Below, piece after piece: positions 19,967 through 33,501 of a DNA stretch of 64,000 nucleotides; the first letter of the stretch is position 1, and each line of letters starts with the position of its first letter. The notes beneath the pieces are model-generated. The model saw nothing but the letters and a program-made list of their open reading frames with translations. It ran no database searches and was not told where the DNA came from. The position numbers and the translations under genes were made by a program. This stretch comes from Amoebidium appalachense (taxonomy: Eukaryota; Protista; Ichthyosporea). The stretch is from NCBI GenBank assembly GCA_963693365.1, contig CAVNZM010000013.1, forward strand, positions 6,128,640 to 6,192,639. Reading direction: 5' to 3'.

Positions 19967-21853
19967 TCCCTCCTCCCCCCCCCCCCCCCCCCCCGGTTCC
20001 CGCCGATACCACCACCACTATTACCACCCACCCACCCATCCCACACCAGGGTCTACATGTGCAGACTACCACACCTGCTCATTGATGCTTGTCCTGATGT
20101 CGTTTTCCGCACTGACCCTTGCATATAGCCCCTGATGGCTGCGAAGCAATACAACTGGGGAGGGGGGGACGGGGGGCGGGGGGGGGGGGGGGGGGGGGGG
20201 GGAGGGGGGGAGGTAGAATGCCATGGTCAGCGGGTGGAAAAGAATGTAAGAACACCAAACTATTAAAGACGGCACACAACAAGAAATAAGTGTTAGGTGG
20301 GAGACGAGGGTTAAAAGGCACGCAGGGCAACGTTACACAGCTCACACACTACCACAGGATGCAAGCAACATAGCCAGTGTGTGAAACATAAAGCGTAGTG
20401 GTTACATTTTTATGCAAAAATACACACGAGGATGCAACACAATCCAAGTGTGTACTCACGGGTAATTCTGGAAGGTGGAAATTGGGGGAGGGGGAGGTGG
20501 GGGGGGGAGAGGGTGGGGGCGGGTGGGGAGGAGAAGGGGGGGGGGAAGGGGGGGGGAGGGGGAAGGGGGCAGCGGGGAGGGGGGTTTGAATGCGGAACAC
20601 GGTACGAAGCAGCGGGGGAGGGGGGGGGGGGGGGGGGAGAGAGAGAGGGGGAGGCTGCATGTTGCCGTATCATTGCATCAATATTATTACGGCCGTGCAG
20701 GTGTGTGTTTGTTTAGTGTTCTACAGCTGTGGATGCTGCTGTGCTGGCTAATAGTAAATCTACGGTTATGAAAGGGTATTATACGATTTGGGCCAGGCAG
20801 GCCGAGGCGGCTCTATGTAGTGGTATGCGCCTTGCATGCCCGTATCAGATTCACATGCCATTTGCGTGCACACGTGTGTATGCAATGTATGCCACCATCC
20901 ATATTATCGAGTCATGCGTGTAGTGAGTTTAAACGGTGAAACGTGTGGCGTGTGGTGTGTGTGCCCTGACCACGTTTGTGTGTGTGCACACGATGTACAC
21001 GTGTACGTGCACGTGACTTGTATGAAGCACGTGACTGTGAGGGAGAATGTTTCGTGCTTGTATGCATGGTAAACGTGCCGAGAGGGGTGCGCATGATGGA
21101 AAGGGTGGAAACAATGTTTCTGTGTGTATGTGCCTTCAAATGGGCATGTGCAATATTTTCGCTTGCGTACTATGAGCACATGTTTATGTATTAATAGTAG
21201 GCATGTGCATGCACCACACCTGTGTTTTCAAGGATGTGTATGATATCCGCGCCACGTGTCTGCACATATGGTTTGTGTAGGTGAGGGCACGGGCGAGCAT
21301 GTGCACATGTGTGTGGACAGGTGTACTGTGCAATGGTTGCATGTTGGTGTACAAGCGAGATGTGTGTGTGAGTGTGGTTGTGGATGAGTACTTCGTGTTC
21401 GAGTGGCTACACGTGTTTGTCTATGTCCATGCAGGCACGTACAGTGACTGGATCACATATATACAAGTATCTCAATGATGCTGCTCGAGAATGAGAGAAG
21501 CCGCACGCACACGGCACCAGACCACAGGAACAAATCAATACACTAACCCATTATTATTTACAATGATTGGAAAGAAAGGACGAAGGGCCTGATGTAACTT
21601 TGTAATCCACTTAAAGGGAATGTTATCTAACATTTATTAGAACCTGTGCTAGCAGTTCTTGTGTTTTTCAAGGTACCCGATGATGTAATAATACTAATAA
21701 CAAGATGCTTGCACTGTACATATGCATGTATGTAACGACGAGAAAGAGTGCATGCGCACACACGCCAACGGGGTACCTACAGAACACTGCCGTTAGCACC
21801 GCACCGACAAGCACGGCCCTGTTTCGGCCACACGTGCCCCCGGGCTTCTGCAT
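7855..21853 (-). CDS. GT49-family glycosyltransferase (LARGE C-terminal / B4GAT1-like), type II membrane, multi-exon
   Basis: Catalytic exons: ~14475-14395 VHVVSQGTLDRLPHL; ~13740-13652 WHGPVSFAV; ~12950-12851 FYPINMLRNMALQ; ~12515-12379 VFVLDIDVVPS (DxD); ~11731-11540 AYVPPAM..YGPTDHYE; ~10768-10551 FEPYYIA..LFNESFVDRGGNKAQQAMEMAAAGYRFYRLPHVFVVDVPH; ~9836-9643; last exon ~7972-7855 ends in a stop. Upstream are a Ser/Thr-rich stem (~18650-18199) and a signal anchor (MQKPGGTCGRNRAVLVGAVLTAVFC-SASILLLVLL from 21853). Linking the 5' exons to the core is inferred. Confidence 0.85.
11046..11162 (-). mobile_element. 5'-truncated copy of the poly(C)-associated retroposon-like repeat (subfamily A)
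   Basis: Near-identical to 36539-36655 and to the reverse complement of ~30442-30558. The 3' end (..GCATTCAAA) abuts a C-tract. Confidence 0.85.
15522..15967. mobile_element. Foldback/MITE-like element with ~29-bp TIRs and internal AAAAGCAGAATTATTCTGC-type subrepeats
   Basis: Left end CCCAACCACATCGGCAGAGTCAACTTGC; reverse complement of right end CCCAAACACATCGGCTGAGTCAACTTGC. Subrepeats switch orientation near the middle. No clear TSD. Confidence 0.75.
17424..17700 (-). mobile_element. Poly(C)-associated retroposon-like repeat, diverged subfamily B
   Basis: Shares GCATAAGCAACCC, TGATCAAGA, CCCTGAGGATGGGCTCTGCTTAT and GTACTTCGTAC..GCATTCAA-(C)n with subfamily A. Confidence 0.8.
20585..20609 (-). 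mobile_element. 25-bp 3'-terminal fragment of subfamily B inside a C-tract
   Basis: TTGAATGCGGAACACGGTACGAAG matches 17424-17447. Both flanks are G-rich on the + strand. Confidence 0.7.
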
Positions 21854-23486
21854 CCTCGGGGTTCAGGTTGGGTACATGTACGCATGCGCCGTTTCAATGT
21901 GTTCTAGTCTGCTGTTCTTTGGTGTTGGGAGTGTGTTGTGTCTGTTTAACGTAATATTACGGAGAAGTTGAGACCAACAACCGGAGCGGTTAGATTCATG
22001 GCAAAGCAGGATGTCGTACTGTAAGAGAAATATTATGTGTTTGGCAATAGGGCAATTTGGCAGCTTTCTGCCACGTACAACTCAGTCGATTCGGAAAGCT
22101 ATGAAAATAAACTCTGATATACTATTCTGCAGAAAATCAGTGCTGTTGTCGAGCATAGGCACGTTACAAACATGCGGGGAAAATAGGGTACATAATAGGT
22201 GCCGGGCTTCCTTAAAATGTTTTCAACAGGCTGCTTGGAACTTTGGCTGCTCTTCGAACGAGTTTCAGTCACAGTAGTTGAGACAAAATGATCCAGAAGT
22301 TCTGACTCTGTTCTGATATGGCACTGATGACCCATTCCCCGCCCATGCTTCCCCCAAGACCGCACTCTCGATAGCCGTGGTAACGTAGGAAAAAGCTTTT
22401 CATGCTTACAGTTCTAAAAGACATGCTAATAAAACCGTATTAGCGCAGGTTAAGCTCAAGTAAAATCCGCAAAAAAAATTAAAAAATGAATAAAATTTCT
22501 TATATATATAGGGTACGGACTGGAAAAGACTTAAGTTCTGTAAGCACATGTTGATATGTTTGGTTCAGAATGCTCAAACATAAATGATAGGCCCCTTTTG
22601 GTTGGTTTTGGGGGGACTATTTGATGCGTTTTAATCCAATGCAATAATAGATGGTATCAATCCCCTAAACTTGGGTTCTCGAATGTTCCTCCGCAAGAAT
22701 TAAGGAATAAGATGATTAAGATCAGAGTCGCCGGTCCGACTCGCCGGAGTCTCAGTCGGTGGGAGCTATAAATTATAACGCTCAGCAAGCTCTTCGTGTA
22801 ACTATAGTACAAAATCAAGCACATCATAAAAAACTTGAAGAAAAATGCCCAAAGCAAAGTCAATACTAACCCCGGTCCCTGGCTGCGGCCCATGTACATC
22901 AGATTCAGCACCCCGCCTGACATTTAGACAACTCGACGCACCACAGTTTAGGGTGATTTAGGTCATGTAATTCTGATTGGTCAATTGAATAATTCTATCA
23001 ACCATGAACCAGCTACACAGGGCCAGTCCAGGCCTTTGTCCAGCCCAGTCCACACTCCAGTCCACAGCCTTTAGGTTCACTGCCTGAGCAGCAGTAATCG
23101 CATGCAGAAGAGCTGGCGGACTGCAGAGTCACTTGTCTGCGGCTGTCTGCAGCGGAGTGCAGCACATGTAGGCTTGACAGCACCTGGTACTGGCATACGT
23201 ATACGTGCACAGGTTTATAGTGTATGGCGTACTCCACGTGTACTTGGGTGGTCGCCGCTGTGGGGATATTTATGTGGATGATATCGCATGCATATCTGCG
23301 CCGGCCCCTCCATCGGATATGGATAACCATCATCGACCTAGCTCCTAGGCCATCATACCTGCCGGCTTACAGTACTGCACAGTGCACGTGCAATGCTTGC
23401 AACAAATTGGTCTGTGCTGCTTTACACAGCTAATATAATGTAGTGCGTGCGCCTTTGTAGTACACGTCCTGTTTGTGTGTGTATAT

Positions 23487-23564
<78 letters not shown>

Positions 23565-23739
23565 TATGTGGATGTGTGTGTGTGTGTGTGTGTGTCACAC
23601 GTGTGTGTGTGTGTGTGTGTGTGGGCCAGCTGTCTGAGTACCGTGTCAGGCAGTGTGTAGGTGTGTGAGCGAGTGTGTGAGTGAGTGCGTGTGTGTGTGC
23701 ACTACAACATTTGCATCGAGTCGATGAGTAATTATAAGT

Positions 23740-24575
<836 letters not shown>

Positions 24576-25263
24576 TCTAATTAGTGTGTGCGTGTGCGCG
24601 TGTACATGCAGTGGCACTGTGTGTGTGAGCGAGTGTGTGTGCGTGTGTGCTTGACAGTCAGGTCTAGACTCTCGTGCTCGGTCCTACACGTCGAGCCGGT
24701 CCCAAAGTACAATAAACTGCACCGTGCACACCTGTCCAGCAAGTTGAACCGTGAAGCTGGTATGTATGTACGTACGCGTACTGCTTGCAAATGGAGGTCC
24801 GGAACACATTGCAAGCCGTACTAGTACCGTAGTTCAACGTGACGTTTGATACCCTATTACACGGATAGTTTGAAAGAAAAATCACACACAAACATGATAA
24901 GTTGTGAAATTCAATATGCAAAATGTTTGGAATTCTCTCGAGGAACTTAGTACCGTACATTCCCTTCCCTCACAAAGGCAGTTTCACAGACTGAACACGT
25001 ACGGTTTGAATATGTTCATACACATGCAAACTATGTGAACGGCATGGCACTCACTCACCAATATTCATTTTAACTGTGAACCGATTCAACGGAATTGGCT
25101 GAACTTTCAAGCACCTACACGTGTCACATAGTATCGCTAGCAATGGCGACATATACAAAGAGTACGGTATGTACATGCATAACTTGAGGTGTCACAGTGT
25201 AGATATTGACATTTCGAGTCGTACATGCTGAGACACAGTTAGTGCCACACAACGTTCGACCTT

Positions 25264-27190
25264 TTAAATCTCCTCATCATCGATATCGTCACTGTCATAC
25301 AGGTCGGTCGTGATATGCAGGTGGACCAGGTTGGGAAGAGCACGCCACAGTGCAGCCACATGGGATGCTTCAATTGACATGGAGGCTGCTTGGATGGGGT
25401 CAACGTCAGACTCTCCAGATGATATGCGGGACCTAGACTTTTTGGTGTCGATGACGAGGCTTGTGAGGGCCGTGCAGGCCTGCCGGGGGCTGATGTCGGT
25501 GAGCCCCTCCATGCGCTTCAGCTTCAGCTCTCGCAGGTTGCTGCACGTGGCCAGGGGGCGCAGGTCCGTGACGTAGGGGCAGTAGTCCATGTGCAGCACC
25601 TCCAGGGTGCTGCTGTGGGCCAGCCCATCACTGCTGTGCAGCAACACCTGCCCATCGCAACACTCATGATCATCCGTCCAGTAGTCGGCATAGAAGTCAT
25701 ACAGCCGCTCTATGCTCCACACATACGGCCGAATGGTAAGGGTCTTAGGCTAGGGGCGTGCCTGGGGCGCACAGCGTGGGTACGGCCGGGCCAATGATGG
25801 TCATGGCATCGAGCCCAGGCACCCACAGGCCAGCGGGGATCTGCTCCATGTGGCTGCCACTGATCGTGACCATGCGCACGCTGGGGGGTGGCCGGGTACG
25901 GGGCCCTCAAGTTGGGGATTTTCCACAGTGGAGGGTCCAAAGGCGGGGCCGTCGAAGTGGACAGACGTAAGCTGGGTACAGGAGGCAAACACATTGAGGT
26001 TGTTGATGCTCATGGACGCATACCCGGCATCGAAGTGGTGGATCTTGAGTGTGCGCAGAGCCGGGCAGTCCATGGTCGGTATGTACCGGGTATTTGGCTG
26101 GGAAAGGAAACTGAGGAAGGCGAGGTTCGGCAGGGGGCGGCACAGCCAATCCAGGCTCTCCAGTCTGATGCCCGTGCCGAGCTCGCACGACGTCAGGGTG
26201 GCCCAGGGAAGATGCTCCACATTCTCCCCCCACATGCTGGGGCATGGATTCGGCGGAGTGGTGATCGACAGCTTGCGGAGGTGTATGAGGTTGGCCAGGC
26301 CTGCCATGTCCAGGTTCCTCACGAGCGTGTCTCATATTTTTGTGCACGTGGGATCAGGCTGCACCCATAGAATATTGCATCGTCGGCCAGCACTGCCTGG
26401 AGCTCCCGCAGACTTACACACTTGGCCAGGAACTCAACACCGTCCTCATCAACGTTGCCAATGGAGAGGGTGTGCAATTTGGGGCTGCTGGCCAGCCCGG
26501 TGCCGTACTTGCGCAAAAATTGGCCGTGTAGCAGACACACATGTGCAGCTCCACCGTGGAGAGCGATTGCGATGCCAGGTTGTCTCCTGTCTGACACACG
26601 CGTGCCATGATCCCTGCATCAGAGCGTACCCCCCTGGCCATCTGGGAGGCCCTGTCGGAACGGTGGCCTCTACAGCAGTCCCAAACCACAAGCGTGGTCA
26701 GCCTGCTGCAGCCTGCAAGTGCCGTCGCCGCCACAATCGGTGCCAGTAGTCCATGACACGCGACGCGGGTAAGGGTTGGTGCCACACTTAGAATGGTGTC
26801 TTGCACCCACCCAGAAAGATTGTCATACCGTCCCGTGCCACTTCCATATTCTTTAATACTCTGAACGAACTCAAGGGAGCGCAGGCGAGGGAACAACTTC
26901 AACACGTTTGTGGGGAGAGAGGGAACATAACCATCTTTATCGGGCACGTCATTGAAACCAATGACCACGTGTGTGACGGCTGGAGCCCATGCGGCTATGT
27001 CTTTTCCCGAGGCTGGGTGAGAGGCATGGAGATATGCCGTGACAGGCCAGGTTTCTGGGACACGGGCAATGGCACACAGGTGGCGGCAGGCAAGGGTGAG
27101 GGATAGGCGATCCGTCGAGACAGGCCGGAGAAGATCATGTGCAGGACATTGTCGGGTAGCTCAATGAGCGTGGGTCTGTTGCCTGCAGCT
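25264..27190 (-). pseudogene. F-box/LRR-like protein pseudogene with several frameshifts
   Basis: F-box LIELPDNVLHMIFSGL/STDRLSLTLACRHLCAIARVPETW needs a frameshift near 27115. LRR-like segments (LFPRLRSLEF, CSRLTTLVV, PKLHTLSI, LIHLRKLSI, CPALRTLKI, TLEVLHMDYCPYVTDLRPLATCSNLRELKL) lie in different frames, with further shifts near 26525, 26340, 25940-25900 and 25725. No introns in this stretch. Confidence 0.75.
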
Positions 27191-28857
27191 GCACGGGCAA
27201 AATATGTTAACGGTTAGTTCCAACACACACATGAATATCTCAACGAAGCAAAGAATATCAATGGTGCCACAGATAAGTATGTACTACGGGTATGATGGTG
27301 ATGTTCGTGATGTGATCATGTGCGCTCGAGTGAGAAAGCGGCATGCATGGCATGATGATGATGGCAGCCACACCGTAGAGGCGTAGGTGAGGTGTCATGG
27401 TGTGTGTGTTGCCTGGGATCTGGAGGGGGCCGGGTGGGGTGGGTGGAGGGGAAGATCCCTAGCCAAATGCAGGCGCGCTTGGCTAAAATCGAGTTCTTGA
27501 TCTAGCACGTCCGAGATTACAAGGATGTCCCAAATTCGACAGAGCACGGACGAGAATTCGAGTGGGAGTCGGAAAACTTAAGATCCTGCCAATAATTGTA
27601 AGGGGTTAGGGAAGGTTCTGAGGACACGGCAGAAAAGTGTTAATAACAAGAACGAGAGGAAGGCAGGGAGAATATTGAGGAATGGGCTACAGAAAGTCAT
27701 GCTTGGTAGCTTTAGGGGGCTGGGGGCTCATACCAGGTTTCTGTGGTTCTGCCATATTCACAGGTGTATGACAGACGTCGTTGTCATTTGGTGTTACTCA
27801 GTGATGATAAGTTCAACACGTTGATGGTTTACGATGTAGTTGGTTTACAACATGGATTATTACTGCAGGGTGGTGCCATCGACTTAGCAAGTAAGTTGAG
27901 TTACAAGGAATAAGTAAGGCATACCAGAAAAACAGAGACCACAAATTTTCATTATAAGTCAAATGTGAAGGCTAAAGTTTGCTTGATCAAGTTGATAGTC
28001 GTAAGTGCCCTGGGTGAAAGGTGCTTGCATGGGAAACAGAGCTGGACTCCAGATCTTGAGTGATGTGCAAGTTTCAACATGCCAGAAGTTGTGTTAACCA
28101 GGAACCCTGTGAATGGTTCATTATCTACTGCAAAAATCACGTCAAGATAGACGAAGTACACTGGGGGGCAGGCTATTTTTGACATCGATCAGAAACCCAG
28201 CTATAATATCCAAAAGGGACTCTGACCTTCTTTAGTAACAGGAACATGAAAGAACAGACAGCCGAAAGTGTTAACGTTGCGCCAAAAATAGTGGGAGGGA
28301 AGTGACCCTTACCAAACCGAAAACCGTAACTAATATCAAGCCTACAAAATCTCTGAAAACTCAGTAGTAAAAGGCTAATTCAATGCCACACGCCCATGCG
28401 ACTCAAAAATAGTGAGCCTCTTCTGAAAGAAAAAGGAGTGCTTGTGCCTGAAGTTGTGGCCTCCAGATCCCAAAACTGCAGCATGACCGTGGCTCAATAT
28501 TGCAGCAAATTCGGGCGGCAGTAATTGGTTTACAAATTTAGCATTGATTGTGATTGGTTAATTATTGGATTTGTAGGAGCTCAGCCTTAGAAGATTAGGC
28601 TGGCACGCCCTTCTTGCTCATCAAGATGTAAACTTTTTGAACCCGGAACGGTCACGGTTGTGTTCAAGACTCCACACTGCAGACTCAGACGTGACACCTA
28701 CATATTTTTTATACTTGCACTGCCCGCATTGCACAAATCCTTACCTCGTGTCTCGTCTTTCGAAGTCATTTTGCTGACAATTTTACGCGCATACTGCATT
28801 GGCTGTCAAAGCCATACGCTGCTTGACAAGGCACTGTCCCAATTCGCTGAGTGAAAC

Positions 28858-29007
28858 ATGGCACGGAAGAAGAAGGAAGCGGCAGCTCCTGACAGCAAAA
28901 AGCCAGAAAGTGAGTTGCACTAGCAGCTGAAAGGCACAACTGCAACCATGTCATTACTGTCTTGTATTTTGCTCCCGACCCTACTTTCACTCCCCCCCCC
29001 CCCCCCC

Positions 29008-29038
<31 letters not shown>

Positions 29039-30755
29039 TTCCCCTCAGGCCCCCCTTCTCCCCCTCCCCCTCAAGATCCGCCCCTCCCTTCTCCCACCCC
29101 TTGAAAACGCACCTACACGTCCGCCGCATTCCCACCGAGTAGGACCTCGCTCACCCTTCTTTTACTTACTACCGGAAGTTCCAGTGTTTGTTCACTTACT
29201 TAATACCTCCATGGCACGCAAGGGCCTTGTGTAGCTCACTGTGTTGTTGTTTTTTTTTTTTCCAGATGTTGCGTTCAAGCAACAGAAGCTGAAGGCCTGG
29301 CAGCCGGTTTTGGCGCCGAAGACGGTGCTGCCTGTGTTCCTTATCATAGGGCTGACCTTCATACCTCTGGGTGTCGTGTTTCTAATCTATGATGCACAGG
29401 TGCGCACACACACACTGCACTAAAACTTGCTCCCTGAGGTGGTATGGGGGCGTTTTTGTATGCGCATGGCGTACAGCATGCTGTTGACTGCATACCCACT
29501 TAGGCATGCTTAGCATCTCGGTTTTTCACTGCTTTCCCATATTGTGGTATCGCCGTTGTGTGTGCGTGCACTTGCCGATTTCCCACGGGTTGTGTGACCT
29601 TTGCTCTGCATTTGGTGAAAGTTGTTATTTGGTGCTTACAGGAATTTATATCCCCACCTCACTCAAATATAGGCATTCTTCCCATTCATTCATCACACAA
29701 GACACCTGCCGGGACACAAACACAAAAGCATTTGACCAAAGGTTGGGCCAGAGAGCACATATACACACGAGGCCACTCGCATGCACACAGGAGCACCCTA
29801 CCATTCCCTGCTAAAACATGACCCCACCACCAGCCATTCTCCAGGCACCCACCAAGGAACTTTCCTGTTTTTTTCGGTCATGTTCTAGGTGTTCGGTTCT
29901 GTGCAAGAAATTCTAACCTATTCTAACCCCCCCTCCCCCACCCCCAAACACACACACACACGCACACGCACACACAAACGTGATATGGGCTAGTGTTGCA
30001 CGCGAGGTAATTTGTTTAAAGCTGGGGTGCTACGGCTGAATTTGGAAGTCGGTTAGAGCGGGCTTCAATCTTGCACTTGTGTTGCGTTTTCCATCGTACA
30101 TACTTCGACATATACCCCCCCCCTCCCCCCCCCCCTCCCCTCCCCTCCCCCCTAAAAAAAAATAAAATTAAAAAGGAACAGCACGGTGTCCGTCATTAAT
30201 ATTCTTCCTACTCCGTAACACATACTGACCCCCCCCCCCTCCCCTCTCCCCCCCCCCCCCCCCCCTTCTGCTTACTGCTGCAACTTTAACCCCCGGCCTT
30301 TCCCACTGCCCTTGCCTGCATAAGCAACCCTGCTCGTCTCTGATCAAGACGGGTGACCTACTCATGTTCAAGTGAAACAGTATCTGAGTTGGGTTTCGTT
30401 AACGAGGGGAATAGGTCGAAACTCGGGTACTGTGGATGACGTGGGCCCCCCCTGAGGATGGGCTCTGCTTATTATGCATACTCTTTATGTATGGCTTGCA
30501 TTCTGCATCGTGTTATCCGTTTGTTCTTGTGTACTTCGTACTTTTTAACGCATTCAAACCCCCCCCCCCCCCCCCCCCCACACACACACACGCAAACACA
30601 CACAGGTGGTGGAGGTGACTGTGGACTACACGACGTGCATGTCTGCCAACTACCCGGGCAAATCGTGTGCAGACGTGGTCACGGCAACCACTGCCGCCAC
30701 GGCAAACTGTCAGTGCCTGGTTCGCATGGATGTGCCCAGCGCCATGAATGGCTCG

Positions 30756-30786
<31 letters not shown>

Positions 30787-31618
30787 CGTGCACGTATGTG
30801 TGTGTGCGTGAGCGGGTGCGCGTGTGCTGCATGTGCTGTGCATGCTTGTAGAGTGCAGGGCCAAAGGTGGGAACATGTGTCTTTTCAGTTGGATGACCCG
30901 AGTGGCATGTGCACACACTTCATGCCTCCTGACTGCTGGTCTGCAGGTGTACCTGTACTACCAGCTGGGCAACTACTACCAGAACCACCGGCGCTATGTC
31001 AAGTCACGTGATGATGCCCAGCTCAACGGCCAGGGCGGTGCTGCCAGCACATGTGACCCCCTGGCCACCAATGCGGATGGCCTGCAGATTGCACCATGTG
31101 GCTACATTGCAAACAGCATGTTCAACGGTGTGTGCGTATGGGGGGGACTCTCTAACGTTTATGTGGGCATTTCTTCCGGGTTCCTTTGTATATGGCAACC
31201 ACAATTGAAAGAAAAGGGGAATTAACACGCATAAAGGCGACACCAATTATAAACTCCTACATATTATGTATTCTGATGTCCGTTGCGAGTCTGTACTTAA
31301 ATCTCTATAAAACATTCTCCCCCCCCCCCCCCCCCCCCCCCCCCCCTTCTCTCCCCCCCCCCCCCCCCCCCCCCCCCCCCCGCCCTCTCCCCCGCCAAAC
31401 AGACACGATCTTCATGTACAGCAGTAATGGTGTTGCCGACCCGACCAGCAGTGGTCAGCTGTCTGCCGTGGCCCTGACTGCTGAGGGCATCAGTTGGCGC
31501 ACAGATGCAGACCAGGTGTTCAAGAACCCGGCTAGTTTTAGCGGCACTACACAGCCCCCTGCTTGGACTCACAACGTAACGAGTTTCCCACAGGTTCAGT
31601 ACTATCCGGAGCTAACAC

Positions 31619-31649
<31 letters not shown>

Positions 31650-32118
31650 CATGCGAGTGTGTGTGCGTGGGTTTTTTTGGGGCAAAATGCCGAGGGAAGC
31701 CTGCGTGTGTGCAGATGTGGTGGCAAGACCGGGGGCTATCTTGTGTGTGTTTTTCGGTGTGTTTTTTTTTTTTTTTTATTGTGGGGGGGAGGAGGGGATT
31801 CAGGGGTACTTACTAACGCGGGGGGGCACGTGTTGGCTTAGGGCTACACCAATCTGGACCTGATCGTGTGGATGCGCACGGCTGCCCTGCCCACATTCCG
31901 CAAGCTCTATAGAAGACTGAAGACAGACGGCCTGCAGCCCGGCACATACTACTTCAACGTCACTTACAGTATCCGCTATTATTGCATAGGGGGGGATGGG
32001 AGGGAGGAAAGGATGGGGTGGGGCGAGGGTGAGGGGGGGAGGGAGGGAGGGCAGAGAGAAAAGAGAGAGGGAGGGAGGGAGGGAGGGAGGGAGGGAGGGA
32101 GGGAGGGAGGGAGGGAGG

Positions 32119-32200
<82 letters not shown>

Positions 32201-32333
32201 GGAAGGAGAGAAGGGAGGGAGGGAGGCATGGAGGGAGGGAGACAGGGAGGGAGGGGGCGCGGCAGGGGCGGTTGGAGGGATAGAGAAACAGAGGGAGGCA
32301 AGGGTGAGTTACTGTGGGGGGGGGGGGGGGGGG

Positions 32334-32390
<57 letters not shown>

Positions 32391-33129
32391 GGGAGGGGGG
32401 AAGAGGGAGAGAGAGAAAGAGGGGAGAGAATGGGTTGCGTGTGTGCGGGAGGATGAAGAGAGGAAGTGAGAGCGAGAGTGAGAGGGGAAGAGAGAGAGAG
32501 AGTATGTGTGCATATATGAGGAATATGAGCAAATGGTTGTAATTGTGCCGTTGCATCCTTGACCATTTTTCAGACTACCCGGTGGTGGCGTATGAGGGGC
32601 GCAAGGCACTAGTGCTGACGACACTGTCGTTTCTGGGCAACAAGAACAGCTTCCTGGGCATAGGCTATGTGGTGGTGGGGGCAATGGCTGTGCTGCTGGG
32701 TGCTGGTCTGCTGTTTAAGCACCTTATGTCTCCAAGGTGGGGTGGGGGATGTGTGGTGCACTGGCAGATATATGCATGCATACATGCACAAGCACACCCA
32801 CAGGCACATGGACACATGACAGACATGTGCATACATGCACGTAGGCACAATCACACCCACAGGCACACGCACACATGACAGTTACACACATCGGCATGCT
32901 CACCCACATGCACACACGTGCACACAGACACACAAACACATGAGCGTACGACACGGGTTACACACACAAAACACACACACCACGGTCTGTTGCTCTCACC
33001 TTGCTTAGTCTAAGTGCCGGAGTGGGCATGGGTGGGCAGGCAGGGAGAATGAAATTTGGGACCTGAAGGGATCGGGAGGACTAGGTTGGCAGCGGTAATG
33101 ATGGCAGTATTGTTTCCCCCGGGGGCGGG

Positions 33130-33172
<43 letters not shown>

Positions 33173-33501
33173 CGCACGGGGGAAAGTGTAAGCGTGTTGG
33201 CTCAGGTGTGTGTGTGTTTGTGTGTGTGTGCTTTGGGGGATTGGAAGGGAGGGGGGGGGGGGGGGGGGGGGGGGGGATATATGTTGATAAGGGTACGATG
33301 CCCGGTGAAAAGGTGGGAGAGGAAGGGTTGCTTGTTAAGGGTTGCTTGGAGTGATCATACTTTTGTGTGTTCTTGTTTGTGTGATTTTTGTGGGTGAATG
33401 TGGGTATGAAGAGAAGGGTGGGGAGGGAGGAATGGAGGGGCTGACAGAATTGGGTCTGCAGGCAACTGGGAGACCACAAGTACCTCAGCTGGGACCGGTG
33501 A
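28858..33501 (+). CDS. CDC50: CDC50/LEM3 (TMEM30) P4-ATPase flippase beta subunit, 8 exons
   Basis: Exons 28858-28909, 29266-29399, 30606-30755, 30947-31127, 31402-31620, 31842-31968, 32574-32737 and 33462-33501 join in phase. Motifs: [83 protein letters not shown]. Confidence 0.96.
30266..30558 (+). mobile_element. Poly(C)-associated retroposon-like repeat, subfamily A (293 bp), in CDC50 intron 2
   Basis: Near-identical to the reverse complement of 36539-36831. Poly(C) on both sides. Confidence 0.9.
31969..32573 (+). other. Probable U12-type (minor) GT-AG intron in CDC50
   Basis: Donor GTATCC(GCT); branch site TCCTTGAC at 32556-32563, with its A 11 nt from the end of the CAG acceptor. Confidence 0.7.

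Noticed and set aside
27952-28185. 77-aa ORF upstream of CDC50
   Set aside because: No motif or splice support.
30372-30460. SECIS or hammerhead interpretation of the repeat core (TGAA..GGAT quartet; CTGAGGA and GAAAC)
   Set aside because: Lacks the apical AA of a SECIS and is not in a 3' UTR. The hammerhead stems and cleavage triplet could not be assembled.
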